This document shows positions 45,963 to 56,343 of a DNA stretch of 64,000 nt, in pieces. The stretch spans positions 6,445-70,444 of the forward strand of contig CAVTWJ010000013.1 of the NCBI GenBank assembly GCA_963738405.1. Direction: 5' to 3'. The position numbers and the translations under genes are program-made. The stretch is from a candidate division FCPU426 bacterium (GTDB lineage Bacteria > Oederibacteriota > Muellerivitia > Muellerivitales > Muellerivitaceae). The notes beneath the pieces were generated by a model, which did no database searches, was not told the origin of the DNA, and saw only the letters and a list, made by a program, of their open reading frames with translations. The stretch's first letter is position 1; each line of letters begins with the position of its first letter.

Positions 45963-48011
45963 GTACCTCTTCGAAAATTCAAAAAGCATTAAAGAGGGAT
46001 GGATTTTAGGAAAAACCAACCTAACTATCAACCTGGAATTTCCACTGCGAGCGGAGTCTGCAACAGGGCGCCCCATCCTCCATCCCGAAAATCTCGATTA
46101 TAATCGCTTCGTGATTTCTCAACTCGCCACCCATTTTTCCAAGGGCCGAAAGGTTTGGACCCAGCCTTGGGTTTGGGCTCTTCTTTCTTGTTTTCTCCTT
46201 TTAGCGCTCCTTGCTTGCCGCAAGGATTGGGACGCGGATTTGGGGATCCATTTAAAGGGAGGGCAATGGATCACGCAAAACCACCGGGTACCTTCCTCCG
46301 ACGTTTATACCTACTCGGTCCCCGACCATCCTTTTCTTGATATCGAATGGCTCTACCAATGTGCTTTTTTCCTGATATTCCTCGCGGGGGGCTATTCGTC
46401 CGTTTCTGTTTTCAACATCCTTTTGATATTGCTAGCCTTCGGCGTCAGTTGGATGCGCTTAAGGGAAACCAGATGTCCCCTTTGGCTGGGGGTGCCCCTA
46501 TTGGCTTGGGCGGTTTTAGCCTGCGAATTTCGTTTTCATGTCCGCCCAGAAAATCTTAGTTGGCTCCTCATGGTAGGAATGCTTTGGGTGTTGGAAGAAA
46601 GGGCCCGAGGTAGGCCAAACCGCCTTTGGCTTCTTCCTCTTCTGCAATGGGTGTGGGTCAATACAGAGGGGATGTTCCCTCTTGGGTTGGCCTTGATTGT
46701 CATTTTTCTGGTTTCCCACTGGATTCATAATCGCAAAATAGACATACCCTTGGCCGGTTATGGAGCCCTGTCCACCGCTGTTTGTTTTCTTAACCCTTAC
46801 GGATTGGATGGGTTTCTTTATCCCCTTGCCATTTTAAAAACCCTCCATTCGGAAGTCTTCAAAAGCAACATCATGGAGTTCGATTCGCCTTGGAACCCCA
46901 TCCATCCCGACGCCATTCCGAACCAGGTTTGGATGTACAAGATATTCTGCCTATTCCTCCTTCTGCTTTTGCTTGCCACCTTTCGACGGCGTAAGGCACA
47001 TGAGTTTCTTCTGGCGGGGTTCTTTTTCTACTTTTCGGCTACGGGTGTGCGCCAAATACCTCTTTTCATACTCGCCTGCCTGCCTGTCGCTGGGGCCTGC
47101 TGGAAGGATTTGCCCTGGCTGGGTGTGCGTAAATTTCAGGAAACTTTTCTATCTGGCAACCTAACAGCCTGGGTCTTTTCCCTCTTACTCTTGGGTCTTG
47201 GGGTGAGGGTTGTGACCAACGCCTTTTACGTTTCCGGCCAAAGGCCTGAGCATTTTGGTTTGGGAGTGGATGGGGAATCCTTGCCGGTCCGCGCCGCCGA
47301 TTTCCTGATTCAAAACCACCTGGACGGACGAATCCTCAATGAACTGGGGTGCGGGGATTGGCTGGAGTGGAGTGGGCAAAAGGTTTTCATTGACGGCCGG
47401 TCTGAAGTGTTCGGAGAGGATTTTTTCTCCCAATATGTGTCTTCAAGGCAAGGAGGCGGGGTGATCCCTCTGGCGGATAAGTACCGGGCGGACATCATCT
47501 TTTTCTCGCTCCCCAATCCCTGGCTTGCTGGCCTGCAAGGGTCGGGTGACTGGCGGAATGTATATTATATATAGATGGAACGGCGGCGATTTTTCTCCGC
47601 AAGGGGTATGCCCCTGAAGTTCCGGCAGTCCAAGACGTCCAACTGATGAAGTCGGAGAGCGTCGGGGCGGATATTCTTAGCCAAGCCCCGGGCCTTTTGG
47701 CTTTACGCAAAACCTCGGACTGGAATGTTTTTTGGGAGGGTTTTTACCAACGCTCGATATATCCCATAAGGCTTGCCCGAATGGGGGCCTTTTTATTTTC
47801 AATGAACCATCCGCAGGCGGCGGTGGCCTTTTACCTGGAGGCGATACGCCGTAGTGGGGGGCGTATGGGCATCTTTTACCTCAATTTGGGCCAATTTTAT
47901 TACGTACTGAAGGACTATCCCGATGCCAGACTTTGCTTGGAAAGGGTACTGGCGGACAACCCGCAAAATTCGCAGGCCCGGCACATTTTGGAAGCTTTAC
48001 CGCCTTCTTAA
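45955..48011 (+). pseudogene. Polytopic membrane protein with a C-terminal TPR, split by a frameshift at a (TA)4 run. The true start lies downstream of the tRNA overlap.
   Basis: ORF 45955..47574 ends ...GDWRNVYYI-stop inside tatattatatatag. The frame of ORF 47646..48011 is open from about 47550 and reads ...IDGTAAIFLRKGYAPE...TPR. Removing one TA joins them. Confidence 0.6.
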
Positions 48012-48142
48012 GGCGGGAAATTTAATCAACCGCCTATCGCCTATTTCTGATCCAATATGATTTGCCGAACATCATTTAGGAAAAAAAGATTAAAACAGAG
48101 TGCGGAGGCAGTGCTTCAACCTCAGGCTGGGTTTCCTCAAGT

Positions 48143-48172
48143 TGAATATATGAATAAATAGGAATATATTCA
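48143..48172. promoter_or_regulatory. Candidate ArsR/SmtB operator (AT-rich inverted repeat)
   Basis: TGAATATAT-12 nt-ATATATTCA, with nested ATATGAATA/TATTCATAT, about 20 bp upstream of the ArsR-family start. Confidence 0.4.
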
Positions 48173-48192
48173 TATAACTACGGGGAGGCCTT

Positions 48193-48525
48193 GTGATTGA
48201 TCCATCCTTTGTTTTCAACATCAAAGCAGACTTTCTGAAAGCCCTGGCCCATCCGGGCAGGCTCAGGATCATTGAGCACCTGAAGCACGGGGAAAAATCG
48301 GTCAACGAAATGTGTAAGGCCTTGGAAATGGAGCAATCCGGCCTTTCCAAGCACCTGTCCGTCCTGAAACAGGCGGGAATCCTGAGTTCCCGCCAGGAAA
48401 AGGTGACCGTGTTCTATTTTGTCAGGGACAAGGGAATCTACGATGTTTTGAAACCCATTACCCTATTCCTGAAAAAAAAGTTTAAAGAGAGCCAGGTCAT
48501 GTTGGATCAATTGGCTAAAAACTAA
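48193..48525 (+). CDS. ArsR/SmtB-family transcriptional regulator
   Basis: FLKALAHPGRLRIIEHLKHGEKSVNEMCKALEMEQSGLSKHLSVLKQAGIL. GTG start with a GGGGAGG SD. Confidence 0.85.
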   Translation: MIDPSFVFNIKADFLKALAHPGRLRIIEHLKHGEKSVNEMCKALEMEQSGLSKHLSVLKQAGILSSRQEKVTVFYFVRDKGIYDVLKPITLFLKKKFKESQVMLDQLAKN

Positions 48526-48630
48526 GATAAAACCAACAAATGAAGTTTCCCCTATTTTCCCGGCTTGAAAAGGGAATGACGGTGGATTTTAAGTAAAAGC
48601 CCAAATTCATGCCATGCTTGGAGATTAACA

Positions 48631-49290
48631 ATGCAGTGGACGGTTAAGGAAGCCAGCGTATTTCTGCAGGTCCCGGAAGACACCCTCTTCGACTGGATCG
48701 ATAAAAGAGCCCTGCCAGCCACCCGTTTCAACGGTCGGTACCATTTCAACCGTTTGAAATTGACGGATTGGGCCCACGAAAACGGGGTACCCCTTCTCAT
48801 TCCCAATGGGGTTGATTTGCCCTCCTTAAGAGAGGCTTTGGAAGTGGGGGGGATTTACGAAAACATCCAGGGCGTTGATAAACCCGAGATCTTCAAAAAT
48901 ATCATGAAGCTTTTAAATATCCCGGAGGAAGAAGACCGGGAACTGGTTTGCCAAATGATCCTTTCCCGGGAGAGGGAAGGTTCCACCGAATTGGGAAACG
49001 GCATCGCCATTCCCCATGCCCGGCACCCGATTTTGCTCCATGTGGCGAAGCCCATGGTAGCCCTTTGCTATTTGAAAAACCCCGTCCCCTTTGGGGAATC
49101 GGATCGGCCCCCGGTTTCCGTCCTTTTCGTGATCCTTTCCCCCAGCATCCGGATGCATTTGCATTTCCTGGAGAGGCTAGGGTACGCGCTCCGGGACGAT
49201 GAGTTTTCCAGCCTGGTGCTATCCCGTGCGCATCCAACGAAAATCATGGACCGGCTGGCGGTTCTGAAGGATCAGTTGGAAAAGCGGTAA
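48631..49290 (+). CDS. HTH (excisionase/MerR-type) - PTS EIIA(Ntr/Fru-type) domain protein
   Basis: N-terminal WTVKEASVFLQVPEDTLFDWIDKRALPA, C-terminal EIIA pattern ...REREGSTELGNGIAIPHAR. Confidence 0.8.
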   Translation: MQWTVKEASVFLQVPEDTLFDWIDKRALPATRFNGRYHFNRLKLTDWAHENGVPLLIPNGVDLPSLREALEVGGIYENIQGVDKPEIFKNIMKLLNIPEEEDRELVCQMILSREREGSTELGNGIAIPHARHPILLHVAKPMVALCYLKNPVPFGESDRPPVSVLFVILSPSIRMHLHFLERLGYALRDDEFSSLVLSRAHPTKIMDRLAVLKDQLEKR

Positions 49291-49363
49291 CGGTTTTGGG
49301 TTGGTGAATGAAGGACGACACCTTGGCTGGATGGGTTGGAAGCGGAAAGGAAGCAACGATTCT

Positions 49364-51364
49364 ATGGGTTTGATCCTTGTACTCATCGCGCTTGCGGGCC
49401 TGGGTATCGTTGAAATAGCCGTCCTGCCCTTCAGGCGCCGATCCAACCTCGGACAGTATCTTTCCGCAGGCCTCACCCTCCTTTCCTCCCTCTGCGGGGG
49501 AATTGGTTTGGCGGATTATTATTCCGCGGGTGTTCCGCCCTCCATCGGCATGCCCTGGCAAGTTCCGGGAGGGTCCATCGCCCTGGAGCTCGACGGATTG
49601 ACGGCCTTTTTCCTGATTCCTGTTTTCCTTGTCTCTGGCCTTGGGGCGCTCTTTGGCCTGGAATACTGGAAACAATCGGAGAATCTCGAAAGCGGCAAGG
49701 GCCTCAGGCTCTTTTATGGTCTTCTTTCCCTGGGTATGGGGCTTCTGCTTCTGGCCCGCAACAGCCTTCTTTTCCTGGCGGGTTGGGAAATCATGGCGGT
49801 GGCCGCCTACTTTTTGATCGTGGTGGAGGATAAGGAAAAAAACGTAAGGCAGGCTGGCTGGATCTATTGGGTCTCAGCCCATCTGGGGCTCGCCGCGCTG
49901 ATGGTGATGTTTCTGCTGATGCGAAACCTACTGGGGACCTTCGATTGGTCGGTTCTTCCGCTGGATTCGTCGGTGGATTTCCGCTGCTCTGCCCTGTTTT
50001 TATTGGCCCTTTTCGGATTTGGCTTTAAGGCCGGGCTCATGCCTTTTCATTTCTGGCTTCCCCGGGCCCATTCCAGCGCCCCCAGCCATGTTTCTGGAAT
50101 CATGTCCGGCGTGATGTTGAACATGGGGGTTTACGGGATGATCCGCGTCCTGGGTTACCTTCCGCACCCCCCGATTTGGTGGGGAGTCCTGATGCTGGGG
50201 ATGGGAACTGCCTCCGGTGTCTTGGGAATCCTTCTGGCCATCGCCGAAAGCGATCTGAAGCGCATGCTGGCCTACAGCAGTATCGAAAATATTGGGATCA
50301 TTTTCATGGGTTTGGGTCTCGCCTTGATCGGGCGTTCCTCAGGGAACAGCCTCCTGCTTCAATTGGGGATGATGGCGGCGCTTTTCCATGTGCTCAACCA
50401 TAGCCTGTTCAAGACCGCTCTTTTTTATTGTTCGGGTTCGGTTTTGCACGCTTGCCACACCCGCCGGATGGACCACCTGGGAGGCTTGATCCCGATTCTT
50501 CCCCTCACCGGGTTGGCTTTCGTTATCGCCTCCTGCGCGGCCTGCGGCCTCCCCCCTTTAAACGGGTTCATCGGCGAATGGATTCTCTACCAGGGGTTTT
50601 TCCACCTGTCGGCGGCTGGTTCCATTTTTTACGCCCTCCTGGGAACCCTGGCCATCGGGGGATTGGCCCTGATTGGTACTTTAAGTGTGGTTTGTTTCGT
50701 AAGGGCTTTCGGGACCCTATTTCTGGGATCGCCCCGATTTTCATTGAAACCCCACGATCAAGAAAAGAAAGGGTTCATGATCTTCACCCTGTCCCTGTTG
50801 TTGGGGGGCTGCATGGGACTGGCCTTTCTTCCCGGACGAATCCTTTTTATATTAGGAAAAGCGATGGAAACCTGGGAAAGCGGGAGCGTCCCTTCCTCCC
50901 TCGAAAGCCTGGTTCCCTTGGGGGTTCTGGCCCTGTTGAACCTATCGTTATTGATTGTTTTTGGAGCCGGAGTGGGTTGGTTTGCCCTGAGGAAAAAAAA
51001 GTTCCTTTTCCAACAGCCCCAGGCTTTGGAAACTTGGAGCTGCGGATATAACGGGCCAACTTCCCCCCGGGTGCAATACACGGCTTCCTCCTTCGGGGAA
51101 ATCCTCTCGGGGGTCTACCAGTGGGCCATTCCCTCCCGGCTTCATCAGCCGAACGTGAAGGGGCCTTTACCCCCACCCTCCTGGTTTGCCACCCTTCCTT
51201 TTGACCGCATCTTGGGCGGAATCCTGATTCCTTCCATCCGGTCCTGGGGCGACAGAGTTTCGGTGCTCTTAAAGCTGCAACAGGGCCGAACCTCCATTTA
51301 TCTTCTTTATATTGTGGTTGTTTTCATCGCGGCCCTTTGCTGGGGAAGTTGGAGCCTGCCATGA
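49364..51364 (+). CDS. HyfB/HycC/NuoL-like antiporter-type membrane subunit (copy 1)
   Basis: SD plus ATG 49364. Motifs WEIMAVAAYFLI, GLMPFHFWLPRAHSSAPSHVSGIMSGVMLNMGVYG, LAYSSIENIGII. Confidence 0.85.
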   Translation: MGLILVLIALAGLGIVEIAVLPFRRRSNLGQYLSAGLTLLSSLCGGIGLADYYSAGVPPSIGMPWQVPGGSIALELDGLTAFFLIPVFLVSGLGALFGLEYWKQSENLESGKGLRLFYGLLSLGMGLLLLARNSLLFLAGWEIMAVAAYFLIVVEDKEKNVRQAGWIYWVSAHLGLAALMVMFLLMRNLLGTFDWSVLPLDSSVDFRCSALFLLALFGFGFKAGLMPFHFWLPRAHSSAPSHVSGIMSGVMLNMGVYGMIRVLGYLPHPPIWWGVLMLGMGTASGVLGILLAIAESDLKRMLAYSSIENIGIIFMGLGLALIGRSSGNSLLLQLGMMAALFHVLNHSLFKTALFYCSGSVLHACHTRRMDHLGGLIPILPLTGLAFVIASCAACGLPPLNGFIGEWILYQGFFHLSAAGSIFYALLGTLAIGGLALIGTLSVVCFVRAFGTLFLGSPRFSLKPHDQEKKGFMIFTLSLLLGGCMGLAFLPGRILFILGKAMETWESGSVPSSLESLVPLGVLALLNLSLLIVFGAGVGWFALRKKKFLFQQPQALETWSCGYNGPTSPRVQYTASSFGEILSGVYQWAIPSRLHQPNVKGPLPPPSWFATLPFDRILGGILIPSIRSWGDRVSVLLKLQQGRTSIYLLYIVVVFIAALCWGSWSLP

Positions 51365-53343
51365 CGCCACTCCTTCTTTATACCGCCCTGGGACTGGTGG
51401 CTTTCAGCGGCGTTCCCGGTTTGTTTTTCAACCGTCAATCCATGGGCGGGCAATGGCTTTCCATCCCCTTGTTTTGCGTGGGGTCGGCGGCGGGTTTGAT
51501 CGCGGCCTTCACGTCTTTGATCCATGGCGTGAGTGAAGTTTGGACCCTGCCCCTTACGGTTTGCGGAGGGAATATTTCATTCTTGCTCGACCCCCTCGCC
51601 TCCGTTTTTCTGGCCAGCATCTTCCTTATTTCCGCTTTGGGATCCATCTTTGGCTTGGAATATTGGAAACAGACCCAACATCCGTTTAACGGCGCAAAGC
51701 TGAGGTTTTTTTACGGTTTTCTGGCGGCGGGGATGGCCCTGGTGGTGGTCGCCCATGATTCCATCTTTTTCCTTTTTGCCTGGGAGGTCATGGCCCTCTC
51801 GGCTTTTTTCCTTATCACCACCGAGGATGAAAAAAAGGAAGCCCGGCAGGCCGGATGGCTTTATTTCGTCGCCACCCACTTTTCCACCCTTTTCCTTTTC
51901 GCTTTTTTCGCCTTTCTCCGACAGGCCGAAGGGTCCTTCGAAATCCTTCCCTTGAAGGCGGGGGATATCTCCGCCTCGGGCGCCAGCGGACTTTTCCTCC
52001 TGGCCCTGTTGGCTTTTGGCCTGAAGGCGGGCCTGTTTCCCCTCCATGTTTGGCTGCCTTCCGCCCACGCGAACGCACCCAGCCATGTTTCGGCGATTCT
52101 GTCCGGCGTGTTGCTCAAGGTCGGGGTCTATGGCTTGATGAGGGTGTGCTGGCTTTTCTCGGACCCGCCCCTCTGGTGGGGAACACTCCTGGTCGTGATG
52201 GGAATCCTTTCCTCCGTGTTGGGAGTGGCTTTCGCCCTGGGTCAGCACGATCTCAAAAGGCTGTTGGCTTATCACAGCGTGGAAAACATAGGGATCATCT
52301 TCCTGGGGTTGGGGCTGGCGCTCATCGGCAGGGCCGTGGGGAGGAGCGACCTGGTTTTGCTGGGGATGGCGGGAGCCTTGCTCCACGTTTGGAACCATGG
52401 CCTGTTCAAATCACTTCTTTTCCTCGGGGCGGGGTCGGTGATCCATGCCCTCCACACCCGGGAAATCGACCTTATGGGGGGAGTGGGGAAGAAGATGCCG
52501 CAGACATCCCTGTTGTTCCTGGTGGGTTCGGTGGCCATTTGCGGCCTCCCCCCCTTGAACGGATTCATCAGCGAGTTTCTGATTTTCCTCGGATTTTTCA
52601 GATGCCTGACCCTGTCGGGGATGGAAGGGAACCTGGGATTGTGGATGGGCGCGCCCGCGTTGGCCCTGACGGGGGCCCTGGCTTTGGCCTGTTTCACGAA
52701 GGTTTACGGGGCCGTTTTTCTAGGATCTCCCCGGTCGCCTTCGGTTCCCGAGGCGAGGGAAGGGGGAAGGGCTATTTTATTTCCAATGATTTTGCTCGGA
52801 TTCCTGTGTTTTGGGATCGGCTTGTTTCCCCAAACGGTGGCGCCTCTTTTGGAATCCGCGGTCCGGTGCTGGGAACCCTTGTCGGGTGCAGCCGCCCCCA
52901 CGCTGGCGGGCTGCGCCCCCTTAAACGTTTTTTCGGGCATGGGAATTACCTTTTTGGCTGTTTTGCTCATCGGAATTTATTGGCTCAACCGGAGGCCCAA
53001 AGACGGGAAAGAACCATCCCCTGTTTTAACGTGGGATTGCGGGTATATCCATCCGACCCCTTCCATGCAATACACCGCTTCTTCCTATGCCCAAACCTTG
53101 GTCGATTTTTTCAAATGGGTTTTGGTGCCTGAAAAAAGTTCCATCCAGATCAAAGGGAATTTTCCGAAAAGGATTACTTTCCACAGCCATGTGCCGGAAA
53201 CCGTTTTGGAATGGATCCTGATGCCCCTGGTTCGGGGGGGGCAATGGACACTCAAGTGGTTCAGGTATCTCCAGACTGGTTATCTGCAATCCTACGTTTT
53301 TTATATTTTTCTCACACTGCTGTTTTTTATTCTTTGGAGGTAG
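51361..53343 (+). CDS. HyfB/HyfD/NuoL-like antiporter-type membrane subunit (copy 2)
   Basis: ATGA overlap with copy 1. Motifs WEVMALSAFFLI, GLFPLHVWLPSAHANAPSHVSAILSGVLLKVGVYG, LAYHSVENIGII. Confidence 0.85.
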   Translation: MTPLLLYTALGLVAFSGVPGLFFNRQSMGGQWLSIPLFCVGSAAGLIAAFTSLIHGVSEVWTLPLTVCGGNISFLLDPLASVFLASIFLISALGSIFGLEYWKQTQHPFNGAKLRFFYGFLAAGMALVVVAHDSIFFLFAWEVMALSAFFLITTEDEKKEARQAGWLYFVATHFSTLFLFAFFAFLRQAEGSFEILPLKAGDISASGASGLFLLALLAFGLKAGLFPLHVWLPSAHANAPSHVSAILSGVLLKVGVYGLMRVCWLFSDPPLWWGTLLVVMGILSSVLGVAFALGQHDLKRLLAYHSVENIGIIFLGLGLALIGRAVGRSDLVLLGMAGALLHVWNHGLFKSLLFLGAGSVIHALHTREIDLMGGVGKKMPQTSLLFLVGSVAICGLPPLNGFISEFLIFLGFFRCLTLSGMEGNLGLWMGAPALALTGALALACFTKVYGAVFLGSPRSPSVPEAREGGRAILFPMILLGFLCFGIGLFPQTVAPLLESAVRCWEPLSGAAAPTLAGCAPLNVFSGMGITFLAVLLIGIYWLNRRPKDGKEPSPVLTWDCGYIHPTPSMQYTASSYAQTLVDFFKWVLVPEKSSIQIKGNFPKRITFHSHVPETVLEWILMPLVRGGQWTLKWFRYLQTGYLQSYVFYIFLTLLFFILWR

Positions 53344-53351
53344 TAAATCGG

Positions 53352-54260
53352 ATGATTCTTAATTCTGTGATCCATATTTTCCTGATCCTGTTCCTATCTC
53401 CCATTCTTTTGGGGGTCATCAACAAGACGAAAGCGCTCATCGCTGGGCGGGTGGGGCCGCCGCTTCTCCAGACCTATTTCGATCTGCTGAAACTTTTCAG
53501 GAAAGGAATGGTTTTCAGCCGGACCACCACTTGGGTGTTCCGGGCGGGGCCCCTGGTAGGTTGGGTTTCTGTCTTTGCCGCTTCCTTGATCGTTCCATTG
53601 GGACATCACAGGGCTCCCTTGGCTTTTCAGGGCGACATGATCTTCCTCGTTTATTTATTGGCCTTGGGACGGTTCTTCATGGCTTCCGCCGCTTTGGACA
53701 CGGGATCTTCCTTCGAGGGGATGGGGGCTTCCCGGGAGGTTTCCTTCGCGTCATTCGCCGAACCTGCCTTGTTTTTTGGTTTTCTCGCCCTCGCGAGGCT
53801 GTCCCAGACCTTCAGCCTGTCGGACATGGTTTTGGGTGAAAACTTCAGGGTCGGACCGGAAAAAACAGCGTCCCTGATCCTGATCACCGTCGCTTGGTTT
53901 ATTGTCCTCCTGGCCGAGAACAGCCGCATCCCCTTCGATGATCCCAATACCCATTTGGAATTGACCATGGTCCATGAGGTCATGGTGTTGGACCATAGCG
54001 GGCCCGCCTTGGGGCTCATCCTGCACGGGTCTTCCATGAAACTTCTTTTGATGGGCGCCCTCGTCATGGACGTCGCCCTCCCCTGGGACACCTCCAGCCT
54101 GGCGGATTGGTTCGCCTTCATCCTGGAGATGGGATTGCTGGCCATTCTTATCGGTTTGGTCGAGTCTTTCATCGCCCGGTTGAGGTTGGAGTTCATCCCG
54201 AATCTCTTGGTTTCGGCCTGTCTTTTGTCGGCCTTCGGCTTCATTCTTTTGGTGAGGTGA
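53352..54260 (+). CDS. HyfC/HycD/NuoH-like membrane subunit
   Basis: GGAGG SD plus ATG 53352. Motifs GVINKTKALIAGRVGPPLLQTYFDLLKLFRKG and ENSRIPFDDPNTHLELTMVHEVMVLDHSGP. Confidence 0.9.
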   Translation: MILNSVIHIFLILFLSPILLGVINKTKALIAGRVGPPLLQTYFDLLKLFRKGMVFSRTTTWVFRAGPLVGWVSVFAASLIVPLGHHRAPLAFQGDMIFLVYLLALGRFFMASAALDTGSSFEGMGASREVSFASFAEPALFFGFLALARLSQTFSLSDMVLGENFRVGPEKTASLILITVAWFIVLLAENSRIPFDDPNTHLELTMVHEVMVLDHSGPALGLILHGSSMKLLLMGALVMDVALPWDTSSLADWFAFILEMGLLAILIGLVESFIARLRLEFIPNLLVSACLLSAFGFILLVR

Positions 54261-54264
54261 AAAA

Positions 54265-54906
54265 ATGGAAATCGGGATCAATTCACTCATCGTTGTGGTG
54301 ATCTTGCTGAATTTCCTCGCCTTGGGCTCCAGCCAGATCGGGATCGTCATCCGCCTATCGGCCATCCAGGGGGTCCTGCTGGGGCTCATGCCCCTTCTCA
54401 TGGAGGGGTTTGGGGAAATCCATATGCCGTTGCTGACCTTGGCCATCATCTCCCTCAAGGGTTTTTTGATCCCGTCCCTTCTCTTCAAGGCCATGCGAGA
54501 CGTGAAAATCCGCCGCGAAGTGGAGCCGCTTTTGGGCTTTATCCCCTCGATGCTCTTGGGGGCGCTCGGAACGATCCTTGGGATACTGTTCTCGAATCAC
54601 CTTCCCCTGATCCCTCTTCATAAGGAATACCTGATCCTGCCCGGCTCTTTTTCCACGATCGCCTCTGGGTTCATCATGCTCACCACCCGCCACAAGGCCA
54701 TTACCCAGGTGGTGGGCTTCCTGATCCTTGAGAATGGGATATTCATTTTCGGGCTGCTTCTGCTGGGAACGATGCCTTTTTTGGTGGAGGTCGGCGTTTT
54801 ATTGGATTTGTTCGTCTGTGTGTTCGTCCTCGGAATCATTTTGAACCATATCCAGAAGGCTTTTTCGTCGCTGGACTCGAATAAATTAACTTCCTTAAAG
54901 GAATAA
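54265..54906 (+). CDS. HyfE-like (NuoK-related) membrane subunit
   Basis: A 213-aa all-helical hydrophobic protein in the HyfE position, between the HyfC-like and HyfF-like genes. Confidence 0.75.
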   Translation: MEIGINSLIVVVILLNFLALGSSQIGIVIRLSAIQGVLLGLMPLLMEGFGEIHMPLLTLAIISLKGFLIPSLLFKAMRDVKIRREVEPLLGFIPSMLLGALGTILGILFSNHLPLIPLHKEYLILPGSFSTIASGFIMLTTRHKAITQVVGFLILENGIFIFGLLLLGTMPFLVEVGVLLDLFVCVFVLGIILNHIQKAFSSLDSNKLTSLKE

Positions 54907-54910
54907 CCGG

Positions 54911-56343
54911 ATGCTTTACGTGATTTTGTTCATACCTTTTTTGGGCGGGGCGGCGGCATACCTTTTCCCGTCCAATCGCTTTCGCCCCTTCCTGCTCCCG
55001 GTTTTTTCATTTGCCCATCTTTTATGCGTCTTGAGTGTTTTGGGCCGGAATGATTTGTCGGCCGCGCAGGGTTGGCTGTTCTTGGACCCGCTCGGGAAAT
55101 TGGTTTTGGTGGTCGTCAGTGTTTTGTTTTCTGTTTGTTTCCTTTACGCTCCGGCTTACCTTTGGGTCAGGAGGGAATGGTCGAACCGCGTTTTTTGCAG
55201 TTGCCTTCTTTTCTTGCTGGCGCTTTTATCCCTCGTCACTTTTTCCAGGCAAGTAGGCCTGATGTGGGTGGCCATCGAGGCCACTTCCCTGGTCAGCGCC
55301 CCGCTGATTTATTTCAACCACAACAACCGTTCCATTGAGGCGGCCTGGAAATTCCTCCTGGTCTGCTCCGTGGGGATTGCCCTGGCGCTTTTGGGCTCGT
55401 TCTTTTTAGGCTATTCCGCCCTCGTCGGGGGGGTGTCCTCGACCCTGATGATGGATGATCTGGCTCGGTCGGCGCAGTCGCTTTCCAAGCCTTGGCTTCA
55501 CGCCGCCTTCGCGGCCCTGTTAGTCGGCTATGGGACCAAAATGGGGTTGGCTCCCCTCCACACTTGGAAACCCGACGCCTATGGGGAGTCCCCGGGCCTG
55601 GTGGGGGCCTTGATGGCGGGCGGGATAACCAGTTGCGCCTTCCTGGCGATCTTGCGTGTCACCAAGATTCTTCACGCCGCCGGGGAAGGGTTTTTCGCGG
55701 ACCGGGCCTTGATGGGGCTGGGGCTTTTGTCCATCGCCTTCGGGGCCGTCTTCATGGCCCGGCAAAAGGATTTCAAGAGGATGCTGGCCTATTCGAGCGT
55801 GGAGCACATGGGCATCCTGGTGTTGGGCGTGAGCATGGGCGGGATCGGGATCTTCGGGTCGTTTCTTCACCTCGTCAACAACGCCCTGACCAAGGGGATT
55901 TTGTTCCTCTCCGCGGGAAACATTCATCGCGCCTATAACAGCAAATCGACGGATGATGTTTCGGGGGCGATCCGGAGGCTTCCGGTGTCCGGTTATCTGT
56001 TCCTGGCCGGGTTCATCGCCATCACCGGCTCGCCCCCTTTCGGGCCTTTCTTAAGCGAGTTCACGATTTTGAGATCCATCTTTGAGAACCACCAATACCT
56101 CGTGGGGGGGGGGTTCTCTTTCTGCTGATGGCGGTTTTCATGGGCATGGGAAGCACGGTGCTGGCGGTTTGCTTGGGGGAACCTTCGGACGCGGCGAAGG
56201 CAACTGATTTTCATGACAGTTTTTTCCTGGTCCTGCCGCCCCTGCTGATGATGGGGCTGGTTCTGCTCTTGGGCCTTTATATCCCCGATTCCGTTATGAA
56301 GCTTATTCAGGACGCGGTGAATGATTGGAGTATCCTCTCATGA
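54911..56343 (+). pseudogene. HyfF/NuoN-like antiporter-type subunit interrupted by a frameshift in a G10 tract
   Basis: ORF 54911..56128 ends ...YLVGGGFSFC-stop. ORF 56128..56343 continues as a TM helix if read from the G run (..GGGVLFLLMAVFMGMG..). G10 lies at 56104-56113. Confidence 0.75.

Noticed and set aside
45955-46110. ATG 45955 as the true start of the membrane protein
   Set aside because: It lies inside tRNA-Glu on the opposite strand, and the first about 50 residues are non-hydrophobic filler. The real start is probably downstream (e.g. GTG near 46111), but I cannot fix it by eye.
51577-53132. Long alternate-frame ORFs within the second HyfB-like gene (51855..53132 plus, 51577..52398 minus) and within HyfC/E (53651..54244, 53751..54494 minus)
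   Set aside because: The antiporter-type frames carry conserved motifs and continuous TM helices. The alternatives are Arg/Gly/Pro-rich, as is typical of off-frame GC-rich membrane genes.
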